From positions 1 through 22,029 of the forward strand of contig JBIOTN010000023.1 of the NCBI GenBank assembly GCA_044866005.1: DNA of 22,029 nt. The letters run 5' to 3'. Shown here in pieces: positions 15,366 to 22,029 of this stretch; position 1 is the stretch's first letter; the number at the start of each line of letters is the position of its first letter. Under the pieces are notes generated by a model. It searched no databases and was not told the DNA's origin. It saw only the letters and a list, made by a program, of their open reading frames with translations. Position numbers and translations under genes: made by a program. The DNA is from Candidatus Rokuibacteriota bacterium. Its GTDB lineage: Bacteria > Methylomirabilota > Methylomirabilia > Rokubacteriales > DASRDR01.

Positions 15366-17362
15366 CGGGCGATCTCGATCACGAGGTTGCCGAACCGGTC
15401 CACCGTCGCGACCTGGCCCGGGTAGACGAGCGTGGTGGCCCACGGATCTTCGACCAGCGCCGGGCCCTTGAGTGACTGCTCCGCGGCGAGGTCGGCGCGC
15501 CGGTAGACCGGGAGCGCCATCTCGCCGACGTCGGTGAAGTAGGCGCGCTGCTCCGCCCCCGGTGTCCCCGGCCCGGCGCCCCCGCGCCACTCGGGGAAGT
15601 CCACGCCGGGGACGGGGATCGCCGCGCGCACGCGCAAGTTCACGCACTCCCTCGCCTCGCCGGTCGCGTACGAGTAAAGCCGCTGGTGGAGCGCCTGGAA
15701 GTCGCGGGCGAGGCCGGCGAGGTCCCCGCGCCACGGCACCTCGAGCTCGTAGTTCTGCCCGGCGTAGCGGACGTCCACGCTCCGCGCGAGCTGGATCGCC
15801 TCGGCCGGGTGGCCCTCGGCCAGGAGCGGCGCGCGCACGACGGCGGCGAGGCGCTCGAAGCGGAGGTCGAGCTCGGCGGCCTCCAGGCGGTCCAGGCCGC
15901 GGCGGAAGGTCTGGACCTGGTCGTAGGCCAGCTCGGTCACGGCGCAGCCCAGGGCGGAGAAGACGCCGGCGTGCGCCGGCACGACGACCCGCGACATCCC
16001 GAGCGCCTGCGCCAGGCGGCCGGCGTGCAGCGGCCCCGCTCCGCCGTAGGCGATCAGCGCGAACTCCCGGAGGTCGAAGCCGCGCTGGACCGAGATCAGC
16101 CGGATCGCCCGCATCATGGCCGCGTTCGCGACCTCGAGGACGCCGGCCGCGGTCTCCCGGACGCCGAGCCCGAGGCCCGCCGCGAGCGGGCCGAGCGCCG
16201 CCTCGGCGGGCGCGCGATCCACGCGGATCGTCTCGCCGAGCAGCGCGTCGGCCCGGAGCGTCCCCGCGACGACGTGGGCGTCGGTCACCGTGGGCGCCTG
16301 GCCTCCGAGGCCGTAGCAGGCCGGCCCGGGGCGGGCCCCGGCGCTCGCCGGGCCGACGCGAAGCGCCCCGGCCGCGTCCACCGCGGCCAGCGACCCGCCG
16401 CCCGCTCCGATCGACTCGACGGCCAGCGAGGGGAGGCGGACGGGGTGGCCGCCGAGGCGGCGCTGCGGCAAGGTCTGGGCCGCGCCCTCCACGATCAGGC
16501 AGACGTCGGTCGTCGTCCCGCCCATGTCGAAGGCGATGGCGTGCCGGATCCCGAGCCGCGTGGCGAGGAAGCGCGAGGCGGCGACCCCGCCCGCCGGGCC
16601 CGAGACCGCCATGGCGAGCGGCCGCGCCCGGGCCGCCGCCGCGGACATCATGCCGCCGTTCGACTGGAGGAGGTGGAGCGGCCCGGGGGCGCCGGCCGCG
16701 GCGAGCGAGGCCTCGAGGTCGGCCAGGTACCGGTCGGCGAGCGGCATCACGGCGGCGTTGAGCACGGTGGTGGCGGCCCGCTCGTACTCGCGGAACTCCG
16801 CGTTCACCTCGTGGGACGCCGAGACGTAGGGGGAGACCGCCGCGCACGCCGCCTTGAGGCGCGCCTCGTGCGCCGGCTCGGCATAGGCGTGGAGGAGGCA
16901 GATCGCGACCGCCTCGACCCCCGCCGCCCGGAGGGCGGCCACGAGCGCGGGCAGCTCCGTCTCCGCCAGCGGCGTGACGACGCGCCCGTCCCCGCCGACG
17001 CGCTCGGTCACCTCGAACCGGAGCCGCCGGGGGACGAGCGGCCCCGGTCGCGGTGGGACGTCGAGGCGATAGAGGTCGAGCCGGTTCTGCCGCGCGATCT
17101 CCAGCACGTCCCGGAACCCCGCCGTCGTGACGAGCGCCGTGCGGGCGCCCCGCCCTTCCACGATCGTGTTCGTGACGATCGTCGTCCCGTGCGCGATCGC
17201 GGAAGGCGCGGCGCCGAGGGCCGCGAGCCCGTAGAGCACGCCGCGTGCCGGCGCGTCTGCCGTGGTGAGCACCTTCCGCGAGCGGATCGACCGGGACGCC
17301 GCCTCGATGGCGACCAGGTCGGTGAAGGTGCCGCCGACGTCGACGCCGACGCGGCCGGTCAC
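15362..17362 (-). CDS. Hydantoinase A/oxoprolinase family protein (ATP-binding subunit)
   Basis: GVDVGGTFTD, HGTTIVTN, FREYER, SGPAGG, FDMGGTTTD, IGAGGGS, GPASAGARPGPACYG, YGGAGPLH, RYAGQNYEL. Confidence 0.96.
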   Translation of the reverse strand: MTGRVGVDVGGTFTDLVAIEAASRSIRSRKVLTTADAPARGVLYGLAALGAAPSAIAHGTTIVTNTIVEGRGARTALVTTAGFRDVLEIARQNRLDLYRLDVPPRPGPLVPRRLRFEVTERVGGDGRVVTPLAETELPALVAALRAAGVEAVAICLLHAYAEPAHEARLKAACAAVSPYVSASHEVNAEFREYERAATTVLNAAVMPLADRYLADLEASLAAAGAPGPLHLLQSNGGMMSAAAARARPLAMAVSGPAGGVAASRFLATRLGIRHAIAFDMGGTTTDVCLIVEGAAQTLPQRRLGGHPVRLPSLAVESIGAGGGSLAAVDAAGALRVGPASAGARPGPACYGLGGQAPTVTDAHVVAGTLRADALLGETIRVDRAPAEAALGPLAAGLGLGVRETAAGVLEVANAAMMRAIRLISVQRGFDLREFALIAYGGAGPLHAGRLAQALGMSRVVVPAHAGVFSALGCAVTELAYDQVQTFRRGLDRLEAAELDLRFERLAAVVRAPLLAEGHPAEAIQLARSVDVRYAGQNYELEVPWRGDLAGLARDFQALHQRLYSYATGEARECVNLRVRAAIPVPGVDFPEWRGGAGPGTPGAEQRAYFTDVGEMALPVYRRADLAAEQSLKGPALVEDPWATTLVYPGQVATVDRFGNLVIEIAR

Positions 17363-17416
17363 GAGCCCGCGCGAGAGCGGCTCATGCGGCAGCCGCCCGG
17401 CTCGGCTCGCCGAGGC

Positions 17417-17848
17417 TCACCGGGGCCGCCACCACGGCAGGTAGTGGGTGAGGAAGCGCGCCGCCTCGGGGCCCCCTTCGCTCACGCCGAGCGCCGCGCC
17501 GCCGGCGGCATAGACGCCCGCCGCCGCGCCCCCGATCGCCAGGACGCCGAGCGCGGCGCCGCCGAGCGCCACGAGCCCGATGGCCAGCCCCCCCAGGGCG
17601 AGGCCGCCGAGCGCGCAGCCGCCCACCGGGACGAGGCCGAGGGCGAGCCCGCCCACCGGCAGGACCCCCACCGCGATGCCGCCGACCGCGAGGACGCCGG
17701 AGGCGACGTCGCCGACCGCGACGATGCCCGTCGCGTGGCCGCGCCACTCCCCCCGCGCCGGATCGGCCCCCAGGGCGACGTCCACCAGGGGCACGCCCCA
17801 GCAGCGCGCCTTCGACGACCAGCGGACGACCCGCGCGCCGGTGGCCAC
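17417..17848 (-). CDS. Hypothetical Gly/Ala-rich hydrophobic pentapeptide-repeat protein
   Basis: C-terminal 143 aa of the 17417..18676 ORF, starting at GTG 17848 just after the SBP stop. WSSKARCWGVPLVDVA is followed by about 17 xx[AP]xG units. Confidence 0.8.
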   Translation of the reverse strand: MATGARVVRWSSKARCWGVPLVDVALGADPARGEWRGHATGIVAVGDVASGVLAVGGIAVGVLPVGGLALGLVPVGGCALGGLALGGLAIGLVALGGAALGVLAIGGAAAGVYAAGGAALGVSEGGPEAARFLTHYLPWWRPR

Positions 17849-17865
17849 GGGGTGCGGGCCCCCCG

Positions 17866-19125
17866 CTACTTCCGCTCGGACCACTTCGGGATGGGGTAGA
17901 TCACCTCGCGGGTCGCCACCTCGAAGGGGTAGACCGTGAAGTACTCGCCGCCCTGGATCTGCTGGAGGATCGCCTTCACGCCGGTGTTCTGGCCGCTCTC
18001 GTCGAACCGGACGCCGGTCCAGGGCATGATGAGCTCGCCGGCCGGGACGCTCGTCTCCCGGAGCGCCTTCTGGATCGCCTCGGGCCTGGTGGAGCCGGCC
18101 CGGTTGATCGCGTCGGCGAGGACCATGAAGCCGGTGAAGGCGCGTGCCGGCACGTCGGAGAGGTCGCGGCCGCCGGAGTGCTTCCGGAAGAGGTCGTTGA
18201 CCTGGCGCACGAGCGGCTTCGTCTTGCCGAGGTCCAGCGCGAACGGCGCCCGCGTGATGTGCCCCTCCGCGTCCTTCCCCGCTCGCTCCAGGAACGTCGG
18301 GTCGGTCCAGCCGGCGTCCTGCGCGACCACGAGCTTCGGATTGTAGTCGAGGTTCTTGGCCGCGCTCACGAAGAGGATCGCGTCGGACGTGTACGAGGAG
18401 GGCAGGAAGACGTCGGCGTTGGAGGCCTTCAGCTTGCCGACCTCGGCGTCGAGCGACGTGGTGCGGGCGCGGTACTGGATCTTCACCGCCACCTCGTACC
18501 CGTACTTCCGGGCGAGCTCGTCCTGGACCTTGGCGGAGTCGGAGCCGAACAGGGTGTCTTCGTGGAAGATGGCCACCGAGCGGAACTTGACGCCGCGCTT
18601 CTTCTCCAGGTCCCGCATGAAGTCGAACATCACCTGACTGAAGTGGCCGTCGTGGGGACTCGTGCGGAAGAACCACTTGAAGCCCCGCCCCGTCAGGCCC
18701 GGGGAGGAGGACTCGGCGTTCAGGAACGGCACGCCCATCCGCTCGGCGACCTGGCTGGCCGTCGCGGTGACGCTGGAGAAGTAGGCGCCGAACAGCGCGT
18801 GGACCTTTTCCTGGGTGATCATCCGCTCGGCCTCGGCCTGGCCGACGTCCGGCTTGCCCTGGTGGTCCGCGACCACGACGCGGATCTTCGCACCGCCGAG
18901 CCGCGGCAGGCCGCCGCCCTTCGCCAGCGGCAGCGGCAGGTTGGCGCCGGCATTGACCAGCTCGACCGCCGTCTTGACCGCGGCGACGGAGTCGAGGCCG
19001 ACCTGTGCCACCGGCCCCGACATCGGGTAGAGCACCCCGATGACGACCTCGTTCTGTGCGGAGGCCGGCACGGCCGCGGCCAGCAGCAGGGCCGCCGCCG
19101 CGATGAGAGGAACGCGTCGAATCAT
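17866..19125 (-). CDS. ABC transporter substrate-binding protein (LivK/branched-chain amino acid, PBP type 1 family)
   Basis: Signal peptide ASA|Q; VIGVLYPMSG, DHQGKPDVG, GAYFSSVT, LTGRGFKWFFRTSP. ATG 19125 has the better GGAG spacing (alternative GTG 19131). Confidence 0.93.
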   Translation of the reverse strand: MIRRVPLIAAAALLLAAAVPASAQNEVVIGVLYPMSGPVAQVGLDSVAAVKTAVELVNAGANLPLPLAKGGGLPRLGGAKIRVVVADHQGKPDVGQAEAERMITQEKVHALFGAYFSSVTATASQVAERMGVPFLNAESSSPGLTGRGFKWFFRTSPHDGHFSQVMFDFMRDLEKKRGVKFRSVAIFHEDTLFGSDSAKVQDELARKYGYEVAVKIQYRARTTSLDAEVGKLKASNADVFLPSSYTSDAILFVSAAKNLDYNPKLVVAQDAGWTDPTFLERAGKDAEGHITRAPFALDLGKTKPLVRQVNDLFRKHSGGRDLSDVPARAFTGFMVLADAINRAGSTRPEAIQKALRETSVPAGELIMPWTGVRFDESGQNTGVKAILQQIQGGEYFTVYPFEVATREVIYPIPKWSERK

Positions 19126-19142
19126 ACTCACCGTCTCCAGTA

Positions 19143-19192
19143 CCCGGGCCGAGACCCGAGCAGCCCTAGGACGCAGGGAGGATCGGCCCGGG
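19143..19192. repeat. Palindromic intergenic element, family 2, short copy
   Basis: Perfect 10-bp inverted repeat CCCGGGCCGA/TCGGCCCGGG; 37/39 identity to 5781-5819; fills the gap between the two SBP genes. Confidence 0.7.
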
Positions 19193-19194
19193 CA

Positions 19195-20472
19195 TCACCG
19201 CCGCTCGGACCACTTGGGAATCGGGAAGACCACCTCACGCGTCGCCATGTCGAACGGCCACACGGTGTAGTACCGCCCGCCCTGGAGCTGCATGATGATC
19301 GCCCGCACGCCCACGTTCTGGCCGGTCTCGTCGAACCGGACGCCCGTCCACGGGACGATCAGGTCGGCCGGCTTGATGTCGGTCTGGGCGAGCGCCCGGC
19401 GGATCGCCTCGGGCTCCGTCGAGCCGGCCCGGTTGATCGCGTCCACCATCGTCACGAGCCCGGTGAAGGCGCGCGCCGGCAGGTCGTAGAGGTCCTTGTT
19501 CGCGCGCGCCCGGTACGGCCCGTTGAGCGCCTTGGCCAGCGGGTTCTGGTCGAGACGGTCGGAGGGGAACGGCGACCGCGACATGTAGCCGTCCGAGTCC
19601 TTCCCCGTCTGCTCGACGAACTTCGGGTCGATGTGGCCGGCGTCCTGGGCGATGATCATCCTGGGATTCCAGTCGAGCTCCTTCGCCGTCCGGACGAACA
19701 GCACGGCGTCGGACTGGTAGGACGTCGGCAGCCAGACGTCGGGGTTGGCCGCCTTGAGCTTCTGCACCTCGGCGGTGAGGGACGTGCTCGCCGCCCGGTA
19801 GGGGAAGTCCGCGACGATCTTGTAGCCGTACTTCTGGGCGAGCGTCCGCTGGACGCGCGCCGAGTCGGTCCCGAACTGGGTGTCCTCGTGGCTGATCGCG
19901 ACCGTGTCGATCTTCACGCCCTTCTTCTTCTGGAAGTCGGCCAGGAAATCGAACATGGCCTGGGTGAAGTGCTCGTCGTTGGGCGAGGTGCGGAAGAACC
20001 ACTTGAAGCCGCGCCTGGTGAGCGCCGGCGAGGCCGACTCGGCCGTGAGGTGGGGAACCCCGAAGCGCTCGGCGACCTGGCTCGTCGTCATGGTCACGCT
20101 CGACTGCCAGGAGCCGATGAGCGCGTGCACCTTCTCCTGCGTGATGAGCCGCTCCGCCTCCGACTGCCCGACGTCCGGCTTGCCCTGGTGGTCCACGAAG
20201 GCAAGGCGGAGCCGGGCGCCGCCGCCGACGCCCGGCAGACCCTTGAGGCGCTGGTAGAAGGCGCCGGGCAGCATCGGCTCCTTGCCGTTGACCATGTCGG
20301 CGAAGAGCTCGTAGACGTGCTTCTCGTCGACGCCGGCCGACGCGGTCGGGCCGCTCAAGGGGTACATGAGCCCGATGACGACCTCCTTCGGCGGCTGCGC
20401 GGCGCCGGGCCCGGCGGCGACCGCGAGGACGGCGACGGCGACGGCAAGGGCGAGGCGCTGGCTGGTTTGCAT
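19195..20472 (-). CDS. ABC transporter substrate-binding protein (LivK family), paralogue of the downstream SBP
   Basis: MQTSQRLALAVAVAVLAV signal peptide; GGAGGAG RBS; VIGLMYPLSG, DHQGKPDVGQSEAERLITQEKV, RGFKWFFRTSP. Confidence 0.93.
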   Translation of the reverse strand: MQTSQRLALAVAVAVLAVAAGPGAAQPPKEVVIGLMYPLSGPTASAGVDEKHVYELFADMVNGKEPMLPGAFYQRLKGLPGVGGGARLRLAFVDHQGKPDVGQSEAERLITQEKVHALIGSWQSSVTMTTSQVAERFGVPHLTAESASPALTRRGFKWFFRTSPNDEHFTQAMFDFLADFQKKKGVKIDTVAISHEDTQFGTDSARVQRTLAQKYGYKIVADFPYRAASTSLTAEVQKLKAANPDVWLPTSYQSDAVLFVRTAKELDWNPRMIIAQDAGHIDPKFVEQTGKDSDGYMSRSPFPSDRLDQNPLAKALNGPYRARANKDLYDLPARAFTGLVTMVDAINRAGSTEPEAIRRALAQTDIKPADLIVPWTGVRFDETGQNVGVRAIIMQLQGGRYYTVWPFDMATREVVFPIPKWSERR

Positions 20473-20523
20473 GGCTCCTCCCCGGAAAGGCCGGCGATTA
20501 CGGGGCAAATCGGCAGCGAGAGC

Positions 20524-20553
20524 ATCATACGGGCGCGCCGAAAGGCCTGTCAA
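20524..20553 (-). promoter_or_regulatory. Putative sigma70 promoter of the SBP-hydantoinase operon
   Basis: Minus strand TTGACA (20553-20548), 18-nt spacer, TATGAT (20529-20524), about 50 nt upstream of ATG 20472. Confidence 0.6.
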
Positions 20554-20655
20554 GGCGCCGCCCGGCGCGGGGTGCGCCGGCCGGCCGGGCGCGGCCCGGC
20601 GTCTTTGGTGAACGGGCGCCCGGCGGGAGATAATGAGGGCCTTTCGAGGGAGGGC

Positions 20656-21999
<1,344 letters not shown>

Positions 22000-22007
22000 T
22001 GCGTTCG

Positions 22008-22029
22008 GGGGGGTCTCGGAAGACCCCCC
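22008..22029. repeat. REP-like hairpin at the window end
   Basis: GGGGGGTCT-CGGA-AGACCCCCC is a perfect 9-bp stem 8 nt after the regulator stop, cut by the edge. Confidence 0.6.

Noticed and set aside
13734..16847. Apparent 1037-aa fused oxoprolinase
   Set aside because: The first 494 aa are an off-frame read of the A-subunit gene. The true B subunit starts at ATG 15365 in an ATGA overlap, so this is neither a fusion nor a frameshift.
17486..17740. CRISPR-like or DNA tandem repeat
   Set aside because: The 15-nt periodicity comes from the protein repeat and is degenerate at the DNA level. There is no repeat-spacer structure and no cas gene.
20605..20634. Promoter for the response regulator (TTGGTG-N18-GATAAT)
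   Set aside because: Plausibly placed, but both hexamers deviate from consensus, so it is too weak to list as a feature.

Overview
Very GC-rich bacterial window, tightly packed and almost all minus-strand. The gene content and palindromic intergenic repeats recall Candidatus Rokubacteria/Methylomirabilota, but this is an impression only. Reading right to left on the minus strand: two paralogous branched-chain-amino-acid-type ABC substrate-binding proteins, a Gly-rich pentapeptide-repeat protein, an ATP-dependent hydantoinase/oxoprolinase A+B pair, an SDR, a RidA-family protein, a MoaD/ThiS-like sulfur carrier whose GG is followed by four extra residues, a secreted hypothetical protein, a three-subunit xanthine-dehydrogenase-family molybdenum hydroxylase, an MFS transporter, lemA and two TPM-domain genes, then ftsH and a DegP/DegQ protease. 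The plus strand carries a small leaderless-looking hypothetical gene and an NtrC-family response regulator. The most striking non-coding feature is a ~165-nt rod-like hairpin present twice (106-273 and 12789-12950) with compensatory base changes. A second dispersed intergenic repeat (5781/19144) and short REP-like hairpins, including at both window ends, are also present. No tRNA, rRNA, CRISPR array or transposase is seen.
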